From Planctomycetota bacterium (GTDB lineage: Bacteria; Planctomycetota; B15-G4): DNA of 64,000 nucleotides. The notes below the pieces were generated by a model. The model was not told the origin of the DNA, ran no database searches, and worked only from the letters and a program-made list of their open reading frames with translations. The DNA is taken from NCBI GenBank assembly GCA_965248575.1, contig CBDFJQ010000002.1:3929375-3993374 (forward strand), given 5' to 3'. Both the position numbers and the translations under genes were made by a program. Positions 36,161-45,990 of the stretch are shown here, piece after piece; the stretch's first letter is position 1, and each line of letters opens with the position of its first letter.

Positions 36161-36458
36161 CGGTCGCCACACCGGGCATCTGGGTGCTCAGCTTGGAGTC
36201 CTTCTGATCGGTCGTATGGCCAGCCAGCCATGCAAGCAGTCCTGCCCCCTGATCCCTGGTGCCCTGTACAAGACCGGCCCCCTGTGGGAGAACAGGCTGA
36301 TTCGATCAGCCGCTCCGGAGTCACCTGCGGCAGGTCGCTTCAGTCGGGCGGGACCGACGAATGCACCCCAGTCAGGGCAAGACATGCGCGAGGCCGTTGC
36401 CCGTGCGCGTTGCGCTCCCTTTGCGTTCGTCGGAACATGAACCAGAAGAGGAAGCACG

Positions 36459-38234
36459 ATGACCAACAGGCTGCACGCGTTCCTTTCCATCGCTCTGGCG
36501 ATCCTGATTCCGGCGACTGAGGCGGGCGCTCAAGAGCCTTCTCAGCAGCCCTCTCGAATGGCTGCGCCGCTCGTCCAGATGCATGCCGAGGCTTCGGCCG
36601 GCCTGCTCTGGCACACCGCGCGTTCGTCCGGTGCGCTGACGCTGTCGGTCTCTGGGCCTGCCGACTTCTCGCACCAAGCGCAGTTCGAGCGGGGCGCCAC
36701 GCCCTTCTTGCCGCTCGTGAACAGCTTGGGGCAACGGCTGCCGGACGGCCTCTACAGCTATGAGTTCGTGGAGCGCCTGGAGTTCGCCCCGCACCTCGCC
36801 GCGGGTCTGCGTTCGGCGCGGCAAGCGGGCGATGAGGCGCTGGTCCAATCGCTCCTGGCGAGCGAGGGCACACCGCCCACTGCGACGAAGCAGACAGGAT
36901 TCTTCCGCGTGCACGAGGGCTTGATCGTGACGCCCGACTCGCTCAGCGAGTCCACGGCGTCTGTCTCGAGCGGCCCCCAGGTGGACGTCGGCGATCCGGC
37001 CGTGTCCAAGCCTCCGTTCGGGGACGACGACGACGACGGCGATGGCGACGGTGACGGCGACGACTTCTGGCCCGGGGACGGTGGGATCCCGGAGGACCAG
37101 GTCATCCTCGACGACCTGATCGTGGACGGTAACCTGTGCGCGGGGATTGACTGTGTGGACGGCGAGTCCTTCAGTACAGACACCCTCCGGCTCAAGGCCA
37201 ACAACCTTCGCATCCACTTCGACGACACGAGTAGCTCGGCCTCCTTTCCCCGGAACGACTGGAGGATCGAGGTCAACGACGACGCAAACGGCGGAGCGGA
37301 CTACTTCGGGATCGAGGACACCACTGCGGGAAGGATGCCTTTCCGGGTGCTGGCAGGCGCGCAGGACGACGCGCTCTTCCTCACGTCCAACAAGGTGGGC
37401 TTCGGGACGGCGGCGCCCGTCGTGGAACTGCACGTCGTCGACGGGGACACACCGACGCTGCGTCTGGATCAGGACGGCAGCAACGGCTTCACGCCCCAGA
37501 CATGGGACGTCGCCGGTAACGAGGCTGGCTTCTTCATCCGCGATGTGACCAACGGTTCCACCCTGCCGTTCCGGCTCATCGACGGCGCTCCATCCAGCAG
37601 CATCCACATCGGATCGAATGGTGATGTGGGCTTCGGCAGTTCCTCTCCCCAACATCCCATCCACGTGCGGCGTTTGGACGGCACGGCCAAGATCCTGGTA
37701 GAGGAGCTTACGAGCACGCCTGACGACCGGTCGCTGCTGGAGCTGAGCAACGAAGGCGGCGTGGCCATCGACCTGACGAACACCCGCCTGGGCAACATGT
37801 GGTCGCTGGGTACCAGCAACGCCGACGAGTTCCGTATCACCACCGACGGGTTGACCCAGCTCCGGCTGGATGACGACGGGAACCTGTCCGTGCCAGGAGC
37901 TATGAACCAGCTCTCGGATGTGGGCGCCAAGCACGGTTTCGAGCCCGTGGACGGCGCCGAGATCCTGGAGAAAGTGGTCAGCCTGCCCTTGAGCAGCTGG
38001 AGCTACCGGCACGACGACACCGAGGCCCGCCACCTCGGGCCCATGGCGCAGGACTTCAGGGCGGCCTTTGCGCTGGGCGCCGATGAACGACACATCGCAC
38101 CCATGGACGTGAGCGGCGTCACTCTCGTGGCGGTGCAGCAGTTGAACAGCAGGATCCTTGAGTTGGAGAGCCTGGTGGGTGCACTCAGCGCCCGCCTGGA
38201 AGCACTCGAAGCCGCGCAGTCGGAGGCAAAGTGA
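36459..38234 (+). CDS. secreted tail-fibre-like protein with C-terminal intramolecular chaperone (peptidase S74-like) domain
   Basis: Signal peptide MTNRLHAFLSIALAILIPATEAGAQ; acidic tract DDDDDGDGDGDGDD; C-terminal ...SLPLSSWSYRHDDTEARHLGPMAQDFRAAFALGADERHIAPMDVSGVTLVAVQQLNSRILELESLVGALSARLEALEAAQ matches the self-cleaving chaperone domain of phage tail spikes. Confidence 0.7.
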   Translation: MTNRLHAFLSIALAILIPATEAGAQEPSQQPSRMAAPLVQMHAEASAGLLWHTARSSGALTLSVSGPADFSHQAQFERGATPFLPLVNSLGQRLPDGLYSYEFVERLEFAPHLAAGLRSARQAGDEALVQSLLASEGTPPTATKQTGFFRVHEGLIVTPDSLSESTASVSSGPQVDVGDPAVSKPPFGDDDDDGDGDGDGDDFWPGDGGIPEDQVILDDLIVDGNLCAGIDCVDGESFSTDTLRLKANNLRIHFDDTSSSASFPRNDWRIEVNDDANGGADYFGIEDTTAGRMPFRVLAGAQDDALFLTSNKVGFGTAAPVVELHVVDGDTPTLRLDQDGSNGFTPQTWDVAGNEAGFFIRDVTNGSTLPFRLIDGAPSSSIHIGSNGDVGFGSSSPQHPIHVRRLDGTAKILVEELTSTPDDRSLLELSNEGGVAIDLTNTRLGNMWSLGTSNADEFRITTDGLTQLRLDDDGNLSVPGAMNQLSDVGAKHGFEPVDGAEILEKVVSLPLSSWSYRHDDTEARHLGPMAQDFRAAFALGADERHIAPMDVSGVTLVAVQQLNSRILELESLVGALSARLEALEAAQSEAK

Positions 38235-39700
38235 TGAGCAAGCACCACGACACCGAGTGCCGCAACGACCTGTACCAAACAACCGGGGCCGCGCAGATGC
38301 GAGGTCTCAGGATTCCCCAGGAAGCTTCTGCCGTGACGACCGCGTTCCGCTGGACGACGTCCCTCTGCCTCACCCTTTGCCTCGGTCTAGGCATGACGCA
38401 GGCCGCCGCAGCCCAAGTGCTCGACGGCAGCTTCGAAGGCCAGACCGCCTCAGTGCCCTTGGCCGCGCCCTGGATCGTGGGCAACATCTTCCAGGTCGCG
38501 GCCCCGGACGGGGCGGACGACGACGGGGGCATGCCCAAGCAGGGCGACCAGTGGGCGTCGCTGACCACCATGGGTTCGACGAACACGACACCGCCCGACA
38601 ACCCCGGGGGCGTCACGACACCGTCCGCGGGCGGCAGAGGCATCCAGCAAAACTTCAGCTACGGCACGGAGGGCACAGGGCTCTCGTTCTCGGCGAGCTT
38701 CCTGGATGGGGAAGGCAACGACATCATCAACGATTGGATGAGCGTCGACGTCAGCGATGGGATCACCACCGTGAACCTCTTCTACATGGACAGCTTCCTG
38801 GCGGCAGAGCTGCCCGTGGCCTTCTCCAGCGCTTACCCAGAGTTGCCGATCACGCAGCGCTTCGACGTCTCCGCCGATCTGCTGGAGCTGTTCCCGGCTT
38901 CGACAGGGGCGACGGTGTTCACCCTCAGCGCGTTGATGGGCAACGACCAGGACAGCGGCTTTCAATCCCGTGGATACGTCGACGACTTCGAGCTCGGCCT
39001 GGCGGCCCCGACCATCGTGCTGGGTGACCGCGTCAAGGGCATGGTGAGCGAGGGCGACGGCTCCCGATTCCGCTTCGAAGCAACCGCCGGGACCCTGCTG
39101 TCGCTCAAGGCAGTGCGTTCCGGAGGCGACCTCCAGCCGGGGATCATGCTCACCGCTCCCAGCGGGGGCGTGCTGCTGACGCCTGCCGTCAGCGTGCTGT
39201 CCAGCAAGGCTGCGGGCACCAAGAAGTTTCCCCTGACGGAGACCGGTGTCTATGTGGTCGATGTCATGAGCCAGGCGGGCAGCGGGCCCTACTCCCTGAA
39301 GAGCAAGGCCAAGGCGGTGACCAAGGTGAAGGAGATCCTCTCGATCGGGGCCGTGGAGGGGACGTCGACCGTCTTCGCCCTCGACGCCGTGGCTGGGACC
39401 GTCCTCAAGCGCTTGACCGTGGCGAGCCTCAAGCCCAAGGGTGACTTCGCCATGATCGACGGGCTACCGGCCGACCTGTTCCCGGTCTTCCTGCCGGGGA
39501 TGGATCCGGACGGCGACCCGCTCGTCTTCGAAGCGACCGCCAACAAGTCGGGCCGCAAGGTCACCGTGAAGAACCTCAACCTCCCGCTCGTGGGAACCTA
39601 CGAGTTCGAAGTGGGCGGTGACGACGGGAGCATCGGCTACGCAAAGGCGTTGGCCAAACTCTCCGTCCCCAAGGGAAAGAGCACGGTCGAGATCCCGTAG
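38234..39700 (+). CDS. secreted hypothetical protein
   Basis: ATG overlaps the upstream stop (TGATG); signal-like segment AFRWTTSLCLTLCLGLGMTQAAAAQ some 30 residues in, so the true start may be downstream (e.g. GTG near 38333). Confidence 0.55.
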   Translation: MSKHHDTECRNDLYQTTGAAQMRGLRIPQEASAVTTAFRWTTSLCLTLCLGLGMTQAAAAQVLDGSFEGQTASVPLAAPWIVGNIFQVAAPDGADDDGGMPKQGDQWASLTTMGSTNTTPPDNPGGVTTPSAGGRGIQQNFSYGTEGTGLSFSASFLDGEGNDIINDWMSVDVSDGITTVNLFYMDSFLAAELPVAFSSAYPELPITQRFDVSADLLELFPASTGATVFTLSALMGNDQDSGFQSRGYVDDFELGLAAPTIVLGDRVKGMVSEGDGSRFRFEATAGTLLSLKAVRSGGDLQPGIMLTAPSGGVLLTPAVSVLSSKAAGTKKFPLTETGVYVVDVMSQAGSGPYSLKSKAKAVTKVKEILSIGAVEGTSTVFALDAVAGTVLKRLTVASLKPKGDFAMIDGLPADLFPVFLPGMDPDGDPLVFEATANKSGRKVTVKNLNLPLVGTYEFEVGGDDGSIGYAKALAKLSVPKGKSTVEIP

Positions 39701-39724
39701 GTGAGGGCGAAGCGAGGCGCGGTG

Positions 39725-41542
39725 ATGTTGCGTGGCAGCATCCGTGCGCTGTGCTTCGGCTTCGCACTGAGCTGCCTCGTCGCTTGTGACGGTGTCTCCG
39801 ACGCTAGGCCCGTCACCGCCGAGCTGGATACTGCGCTCTCGGTCGTGGAGTCGGAAGCCTCACGCGAGGCAACGATTGCAGGGGAGGCAGAGGGGGAGAT
39901 CGAGGCCGATCTGTTCACGGACGTCGCCGACGCCGTCGGCCTCGACTTCGTGCACTTCAATGGCATGTCCGGACGCTTTGCCCTGCCTGAGATCAGCGGG
40001 TCGGGGGCGGCCCTGCTGGACTACGACCGCGACGGGGATCTCGACGCGTACCTCGTCCAGGGAGCGGCGCTGCATCCGGAGGACGAGCCATGGTTCCCAC
40101 CCGTCGGTCCGCTGCCGACCGCTGACCGGCTGTTTCGCAACGAGCTCCAATCCGCAGGGCAGCGAGGCCCGCTGCGCTTCACCGATGTGACTGAAGCCAG
40201 CGGCATTCACGCCACGGGCTACGGCATGGGCGTCGCCGTGGGGGACGTTGACGATGACGGCACCCCGGACATCTACGTCACGAACCACGGGCCCAACCAG
40301 CTCTGGCGCAACAGCAGCGCGGGGCGCTTCGAGGAGGTCAGCGTCGAGGCCGGCTGTGCGGACCCCGGCTGGAGTAGTAGCGCGACCTTCGTCGACATCG
40401 ATCGGGACGGCGACCTGGACCTCTACGTGGCCAACTACGTGCGCTTCTCCGACGACGTGGACTGCTACGCCACGAGCAGCCGCCTGGACTACTGCGGCCC
40501 CCTGTCCTTCCCCGCAGTCTCGGACACGCTGTACCGGAACACGGGCGACGGCCGCTTCGAGGACGTCACCAGCCGCTCGCTCGTGGGCAACCGGCCGCGG
40601 CCCGGCTTGGGCGTGGTAGCCGCCGACCTCGACGCGGACGGCTGGCCGGACCTGTGCGTGGCGAACGACGGCGCCCCGAACCAGCTGTGGTTGAACCAGC
40701 GCGACGGGACCTTCCGAGACGACGCCTTGCTGGCGGGTGTGGCCCTGAACGCCGAGGGCAAGCCCGAGGCCAGCATGGGCATCGACGCCGGAGACTTCGA
40801 CGGCGATGGCGACGACGACCTCTTCATGACGCACCTGATGGGGGAGAGCAACACCCTCTACGTCAACGACGGCGCAGGCCTGTTCACCGACCGCTCCATC
40901 CCGCTGGGGCTCGCGAGCGCGAGCCTTGGGTCCACGGCATTTGGGACGCACTGGGTGGACCACGACAACGACGGCTGGCTGGATCTGATGGCCATGAACG
41001 GCGCCGTGCGGGTGCTCGACGACCTCGTGCGGGAGGGCGACAGGCACCCCCTCGACCAGCGCAACCAGCTGTTCCGAAACCTGGGGGGCGAGCGTTTCGA
41101 GCAGCTGACTGACCGCGCCGGCCCAGCGTTCTTGTTGCGGGAGGTGAGTCGTGGAGCCGCTTTCGGCGATCTGGACGACGACGGGCGGATCGACGTGCTG
41201 ATCATGAACAACAACGGCCGGAGCCGACTGCTCAGGAACACGGGCGCGGCGCGCCATCACTGGTTGGGGCTGAGGTTCGTTCAGAGCGAAGGGGGCCTGG
41301 ACGTCGTTGGTGTGCGCGTCGCCGTGTCGCTCCCCGATGGGCGCACTCTCTGGAGACGGACCCGACGGGATGGGAGCTATTGCTCCTCGAACGACCCGCG
41401 ACTCGTGGTCGGGCTCGGCGCGACGCCACAGGCCGAAAGTGTGCGCGCGATCTGGCCCGACGGACTCAGCGAGCAGTGGCCGTCTCCCGCTGTCGACGCC
41501 TACACCACGCTCGTGAGGGGCAGCGGAGAACCCTCCCGATGA
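39725..41542 (+). CDS. CRTAC1-family lipoprotein (FG-GAP/VCBS repeats plus ASPIC/UnbV-like C-terminus)
   Basis: Lipobox ALSCLVAC; repeated D-x-D-x-DG-x-x-D-x-Y/L calcium-binding FG-GAP-like motifs (DYDRDGDLDAYL, VGDVDDDGTPDIYV, DIDRDGDLDLYV, DLDADGWPDL, DFDGDGDDDLF, DHDNDGWLDL, DLDDDGRIDV). Confidence 0.75.
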   Translation: MLRGSIRALCFGFALSCLVACDGVSDARPVTAELDTALSVVESEASREATIAGEAEGEIEADLFTDVADAVGLDFVHFNGMSGRFALPEISGSGAALLDYDRDGDLDAYLVQGAALHPEDEPWFPPVGPLPTADRLFRNELQSAGQRGPLRFTDVTEASGIHATGYGMGVAVGDVDDDGTPDIYVTNHGPNQLWRNSSAGRFEEVSVEAGCADPGWSSSATFVDIDRDGDLDLYVANYVRFSDDVDCYATSSRLDYCGPLSFPAVSDTLYRNTGDGRFEDVTSRSLVGNRPRPGLGVVAADLDADGWPDLCVANDGAPNQLWLNQRDGTFRDDALLAGVALNAEGKPEASMGIDAGDFDGDGDDDLFMTHLMGESNTLYVNDGAGLFTDRSIPLGLASASLGSTAFGTHWVDHDNDGWLDLMAMNGAVRVLDDLVREGDRHPLDQRNQLFRNLGGERFEQLTDRAGPAFLLREVSRGAAFGDLDDDGRIDVLIMNNNGRSRLLRNTGAARHHWLGLRFVQSEGGLDVVGVRVAVSLPDGRTLWRRTRRDGSYCSSNDPRLVVGLGATPQAESVRAIWPDGLSEQWPSPAVDAYTTLVRGSGEPSR

Positions 41543-43224
41543 GCGCACCGAGGTGTGCACAGAAACATGTATCGAGGCTGCGCCTGACAGCGGGGCTCGT
41601 GGCGCTGGTGATCGGCGTGAGCAGCCCTGTGGCTCGCTCCGCATGGCATGCAACGCAAGACGGCACGCCGCCGCCAGCCGCAGCCTCACTCAGGTTGGGC
41701 GAGATCGGCCCGGGCGTCCCCGGCCTGCTGTCAGTGCCGCTGCCCGTGATTGGCGATCTCGAAGACGCGGTGCGAGAGCAGTTGAGCGAAGCCCAGGATG
41801 AGCTGCGCTTGGTTATCAAGCAGAGCCAGGGCGACGAGCAAGCCGAGCGTGGCCCGCTGCTCGCAACGGCCTACGCACACCTGGGTCGGCTGTATCACGC
41901 CTACGACCTGTGGGCTGCGGCGGCGACCTGCTACGAGAACGCCTTGCGGCTGACGCCCGGGGATCCGCGCTTGCACTATGCCCTCGCCGAGCTTGCGCGC
42001 TCGGAAGGCCGGCTCGACGCTGCGCGGACGCACTACCAGCAGGTCCTCGTGCTGCGCCCGGACGACTTGGCAGCGCTGGTGCACCTGGGCGACCTGGAGT
42101 ACACGCTCAACCGCCTTGAGGACGCGGAGCTCACGCTTCAGCAAGCGCTGCAGATCGACGAGGGCTGCGCGGCGGCGCGCGCTCTCTTGGGCCGGATCGC
42201 GCTCGCGCGCGGTGACGCGCAAGCGGCCGTTGACCAGCTCACTGTTGCACTCGAACACGCGCCCGAGGCCAACCGCCTGCACTATCCGCTGGGGATGGCC
42301 TATCGCGCGTTGGGCGACCTCGGTCGTGCGCGGGAGCACTTGGCGGCCAGCGGCGAGGTGGGCGTCACGGTGGCCTCGCCCATGGTGGCCGAGTTGCAAG
42401 CACTTGAGACCGGCGAACGATTGCACCTGTTGCGTGGACGACAGGCTTATGCGGCGGGGCGCTACAGGTCGGCGGCCGCCTCCTTTCGCCGAGCGGTTGA
42501 CGCTTCCCCCGAGAGTCGGCGGGCGCGTGTCAATCTCGGGGTTGCGCTGGCCGGCCTCGGCGACCTGGAGGGAGGGGTCGCTCAACTGCGCGAGGCGGTC
42601 CGCTTGGACCCTGAGAGCGTGGACGCGCGTTACAACCTCGGGTTGCTGCTGGCACGCGCCGGAGACGATGAGGAGGCCACCACGAGTTTGCGACAGGCTG
42701 TCCAATTGGATCCGGACGACACGGCGGCGCGGCTCGGGCTGGCCGACTTGCTGCGAAGTCGAGGGCGCAGCGCGGAAGCGCTCCAGGAGTACACCACTCT
42801 GTCGATGGCGCAGCCGACCCTTGAGCGGGCGCGCCTGGCCGAGGCTCAGCTTCTGGTGCAGTCTCGCCGTTACGCCGAAGCGCTTGAACGACTGGAAGAC
42901 GCGCACGCCCTGATGCCCTGGCAGGGGCCGATCGCCCGCGCCCTCGCGCGACTGCTGGCGGCCTGCCCCGAGGCAAAGCTGCGCGACGGTGCCCGAGCGC
43001 TGGAGCTGGCGCTCCAGGTCCACGCGAGCTCACCGACGCCGGGCCATGCGGAAACGGTGGCGCTGGCGCTGGCCGAACTCGAGCGCTGCACGGAGGCGGC
43101 GCGTTGGCAACGGGAAGCGATCCAGGCCGCCGTGGCCGCAGGCGACGACGGCCTGGCGCAGGGCTTGCAGCGAGCCTTGGCCCGCTACGAAGCGGGTGCG
43201 CCGTGCCGTCCTCCCGTCGACTGA
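41539..43224 (+). CDS. tetratricopeptide-repeat (TPR) protein, secreted
   Basis: ATG overlaps upstream stop (ATGA); repeated 34-residue TPR-like units (AYAHLGRLYHAYDLWAAAATCYENALRLTPGDP, etc.). Confidence 0.7.
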   Translation: MSAPRCAQKHVSRLRLTAGLVALVIGVSSPVARSAWHATQDGTPPPAAASLRLGEIGPGVPGLLSVPLPVIGDLEDAVREQLSEAQDELRLVIKQSQGDEQAERGPLLATAYAHLGRLYHAYDLWAAAATCYENALRLTPGDPRLHYALAELARSEGRLDAARTHYQQVLVLRPDDLAALVHLGDLEYTLNRLEDAELTLQQALQIDEGCAAARALLGRIALARGDAQAAVDQLTVALEHAPEANRLHYPLGMAYRALGDLGRAREHLAASGEVGVTVASPMVAELQALETGERLHLLRGRQAYAAGRYRSAAASFRRAVDASPESRRARVNLGVALAGLGDLEGGVAQLREAVRLDPESVDARYNLGLLLARAGDDEEATTSLRQAVQLDPDDTAARLGLADLLRSRGRSAEALQEYTTLSMAQPTLERARLAEAQLLVQSRRYAEALERLEDAHALMPWQGPIARALARLLAACPEAKLRDGARALELALQVHASSPTPGHAETVALALAELERCTEAARWQREAIQAAVAAGDDGLAQGLQRALARYEAGAPCRPPVD

Positions 43225-43319
43225 GGGCGTGGAGGGCGTCTTGGAGATGCGCGCGGGGTCTTAGGCAAAGATCACGAGACGACCGTGGTTAGCCGTCCTG
43301 CTCGTGCTCAGAGGTGGGG

Positions 43320-44996
43320 TCACCGGCGGTCGAGTTGCAGCCGCTTGATGCCTGCGGTCTCTGCACTCATGCCAGCGACAACCCCATCGGCCGATCGACG
43401 GAAGCTGATCTTCAGAGCCGGGTTGGCGCACACGAAGACGTCCGCGCCGACGGACTCCAACGGACTTGCAGGATCTCCGGCCTTGGGAGGCACGATGTTC
43501 AGGTTGCCGCCCTTCGCTTCCACCGTCCATTCGGCGTCGAACAACTCAGGGGCGGTGTAGACGCCTCTGTAGTCCTCCGCGACGTAATCCACCGGAGCGG
43601 TGCGTTCGAAGCTGGTGAGGTACTCGCCCTCGTAGAACCAATCGAGGGCAGTTGGTTGGTCTTCCATGGGCGCGCGGAACTCCACCGTGCTGACTGAAAG
43701 CACGACGGTCTCTCCCTGCCGATGGGTGTCCAAGGGGAGCTTTGGCATCACGTTGGGCAACTCAGCGTTCCACGTCCCGAACTTGCTGCTCAACGTGAGC
43801 TCGTAATAGGTGTCATCCATGAAGGCGTAGTAGACACCGCTCAGGTCGGGCACTTGCTCCGGGTCCATGCGCACGCGCGCGAGATCGTCCGGGCTCGACT
43901 TGCCTGACGTGCCGCCTGCCTGCGAGTCGGCGACTCCCCGGATCGATCGAGCCAAGGCTTGCGCGTTCAGCATGTCGGTGTTGGACAGCACGACGATGGC
44001 GTCGCGAGAGTCGGGCGAGACAGCGAAGTAGGTTGAACAGCCGGGCGTGCCGCCGCCGTGCTCGTAGCTCACGGCACCTGCGAACTGGGTCACCCAGATC
44101 CCACAGGCGTATTGACCATTGCGGCCGTCCCCGACCTCTGGAGAGCGGTAGCGATCTTGTTGCAACCCAGGGCTTCCGATGCTCTGGGCGTAGGTGTTGC
44201 GTGCCCAGCGGAGCATGTCTTCGACCGTCGAGTAGAGGCCGGTGCCTCCGTGTGCTCGTACCGGTACCGGCTTGCCGTTCTGATCGCTCCCGTAATGGTG
44301 CGCACCCTGGCTGAGCAGTCGACGATCCTCGACGAGATAGGTGGAGCTGCTCATCCCCAAGGGCTCGAAGATCCGCTCTTGGACCGTGGCTTGATAGGGC
44401 GCGCCGGTGATGTTCTGGATGAGCCGGCGCAGCAGGACATAGTTTGAGTTCGAGTAGTGAAAGGCAGTGCCGGGCTCGAAGTTCGTCGCGGTTTGCTCGA
44501 CGAGTATTTCGTAGGGTTCCCAACCCCACGGATGGCCCGCCATGCGCATCAGCTCATAGTGCTCACGGATGCCGCTCGTGTGCGTGAGCAGATGGCGAAC
44601 GCTCACACCCCGCAGTTGCATCTCCGGCAGATGTTCGGAGATGTCATCCTCAAGGGTCAGCTCGCCGTCATCCACCAGCATGAGAACGGCTTGCGCGACG
44701 AATTGCTTGTCGTTGGACGCCATGTAGGTGGGTGTCTGCGTGCTGAAGGCGACGCCCTCTTCGATACCCGCCATGCCTACGGCATGGACGTAGAGCTGCT
44801 CGTCATCGCGAAGGATGCCCACCGCCACACCGGGGGCAGCGGAGGAGTCGAACTCCGCCATGAGGGCATCGACTTCGGGCCAACTCTGGCGGAGCACCCT
44901 TGTTGCACCACTCTGTTCGAGCTCTCGCGTGATGGAGGGCGTCTGGGCAAGCAGCGAGCTTGTCAGGGCAGCACAGGTGATCAGGGCAGCGAGCAT
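43320..44996 (-). CDS. serine hydrolase (beta-lactamase/PBP-like fold)
   Basis: Signal peptide MLAALITCAALTSSLLAQ; SxxK-like MASNDKQF and YSNSNY (Y-x-N) elements of the beta-lactamase-fold serine hydrolase family; start trimmed to ATG 44996. Confidence 0.7.
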   Translation of the reverse strand: MLAALITCAALTSSLLAQTPSITRELEQSGATRVLRQSWPEVDALMAEFDSSAAPGVAVGILRDDEQLYVHAVGMAGIEEGVAFSTQTPTYMASNDKQFVAQAVLMLVDDGELTLEDDISEHLPEMQLRGVSVRHLLTHTSGIREHYELMRMAGHPWGWEPYEILVEQTATNFEPGTAFHYSNSNYVLLRRLIQNITGAPYQATVQERIFEPLGMSSSTYLVEDRRLLSQGAHHYGSDQNGKPVPVRAHGGTGLYSTVEDMLRWARNTYAQSIGSPGLQQDRYRSPEVGDGRNGQYACGIWVTQFAGAVSYEHGGGTPGCSTYFAVSPDSRDAIVVLSNTDMLNAQALARSIRGVADSQAGGTSGKSSPDDLARVRMDPEQVPDLSGVYYAFMDDTYYELTLSSKFGTWNAELPNVMPKLPLDTHRQGETVVLSVSTVEFRAPMEDQPTALDWFYEGEYLTSFERTAPVDYVAEDYRGVYTAPELFDAEWTVEAKGGNLNIVPPKAGDPASPLESVGADVFVCANPALKISFRRSADGVVAGMSAETAGIKRLQLDRR

Positions 44997-45270
44997 GGCA
45001 GCTTCCGGTGGCGTGGGAGACTGTGCGATACGGACGGCAGCGGGGTGCTGTTTTGAGAAACTGGAAGCGTCATCTGTTCGCCATGTGCTGCCCGTGGTCG
45101 ACACCCGCCATGCCGGCCCCCCGTCGACTGGGCTTCGGAAGAGTCAGACCTTCGGACCGTGAGCCGAAAGTCGGGTTCGGTGAGCGATCCACTGCTGGCA
45201 GGAACAGCCTCACTCCCGCAGGATGCGTGCGACGCTGGCTTCACCGATGTCATTCCGTGAGCACACTTTT

Positions 45271-45990
45271 ATGAGCATGAAGACGACCAAGCAGGTCATG
45301 GCTGCCCTCAAGAACGCGGGCGATCCGCTCCGCATCCAGACATACGCCAAACACGGCGCACCGCCCGAGCAGATGTTCGGCGTGAGCGTGGCCGACATGA
45401 AGGTCATCGCGAAGAAGATCAAGGGGCAACAGGAGCTTGCCTATGAGCTGTACGCGACCTGCAACGGCGACGCGCAGTATCTCGCAGGCATGGTGGCGGA
45501 CGGATCGCTCATGACGAAGAGTCTGCTCGATGCGTGGGCCAGGAAGGCGAGCTGGTCGATGGTGGCGGAGTACACCGTGCCCTGGGTCGCGACCGAGAGT
45601 GAGCACGCGCAGTCATTGGCGCTGAAGTGGATGAAGGCCAAAAAGGAGTCGGTCGCCACGAGCGGCTGGAACACCTACTCCGGCTACGTGGCCGTCACGC
45701 CGGACGACGAACTCGACTTGGACCAGATCGAAGGCACCCTGGGGCAGATCGAGGGCGGCATCGACGCGGCAATGAACCGGGTCAAGTACACGATGAACGG
45801 CTTCGTGATCGCTGTCGGCACCTACGTCAAACCGCTGTCGAAGCGCGCAGCGGCGACGGCGCGCAAAATCGGCAAGGTGGACGTCCAGATGGGTGGAACA
45901 TCCTGCAAGGTGCCGTTCGCCAGCGAGGTCATCACCAAGGCCGCGAAGTCGGGAAGGACCGGGAAGAAACGCAAGACGATCAAATGCTGA
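45271..45990 (+). CDS. DNA alkylation repair protein (AlkD-like)
   Basis: MSMKTTKQVMAALKNAGDPLRIQTYAKHGAPPEQMFGVSVADMK... resembles AlkC/AlkD-type HEAT-like glycosylases. Confidence 0.65.
   Translation: MSMKTTKQVMAALKNAGDPLRIQTYAKHGAPPEQMFGVSVADMKVIAKKIKGQQELAYELYATCNGDAQYLAGMVADGSLMTKSLLDAWARKASWSMVAEYTVPWVATESEHAQSLALKWMKAKKESVATSGWNTYSGYVAVTPDDELDLDQIEGTLGQIEGGIDAAMNRVKYTMNGFVIAVGTYVKPLSKRAAATARKIGKVDVQMGGTSCKVPFASEVITKAAKSGRTGKKRKTIKC

Larger units (their letters stand above)
23637..36161 (+). mobile_element. chromosomal integron: intI + attI + about 23 cassette ORFs / 21 attC-like sites ('inverted' intI orientation)
   Basis: intI followed by an array of short same-strand ORFs each terminated by a 60-140 bp imperfect palindrome starting RYYYAAC (usually overlapping the stop codon) and ending GTTRRRY just before the next RBS/start; first GTTAGGC at 24891. 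Confidence 0.85.

Noticed and set aside
24891-36161. Regularly spaced conserved repeats could be read as a CRISPR array
   Set aside because: Repeats are 60-140 bp imperfect palindromes with RYYYAAC/GTTRRRY ends, the intervening units are 250-800 bp and each contains an ORF with RBS, and an intI gene is adjacent. This fits an integron cassette array, not CRISPR.
36372-38282. 636-aa minus-strand ORF
   Set aside because: Antisense to the tail-fibre-like gene, which has a signal peptide and a recognisable C-terminal chaperone domain.
39860-41689. 609-aa minus-strand ORF
   Set aside because: Antisense to the CRTAC1/FG-GAP gene with its repeated calcium-binding motifs; shadow ORF.
36459-43224. 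Tail-fibre-like gene as evidence of a prophage
   Set aside because: No capsid, terminase, portal, baseplate or integrase genes nearby; neighbours are Sec-secreted host-type proteins, so a domesticated surface protein is more likely.
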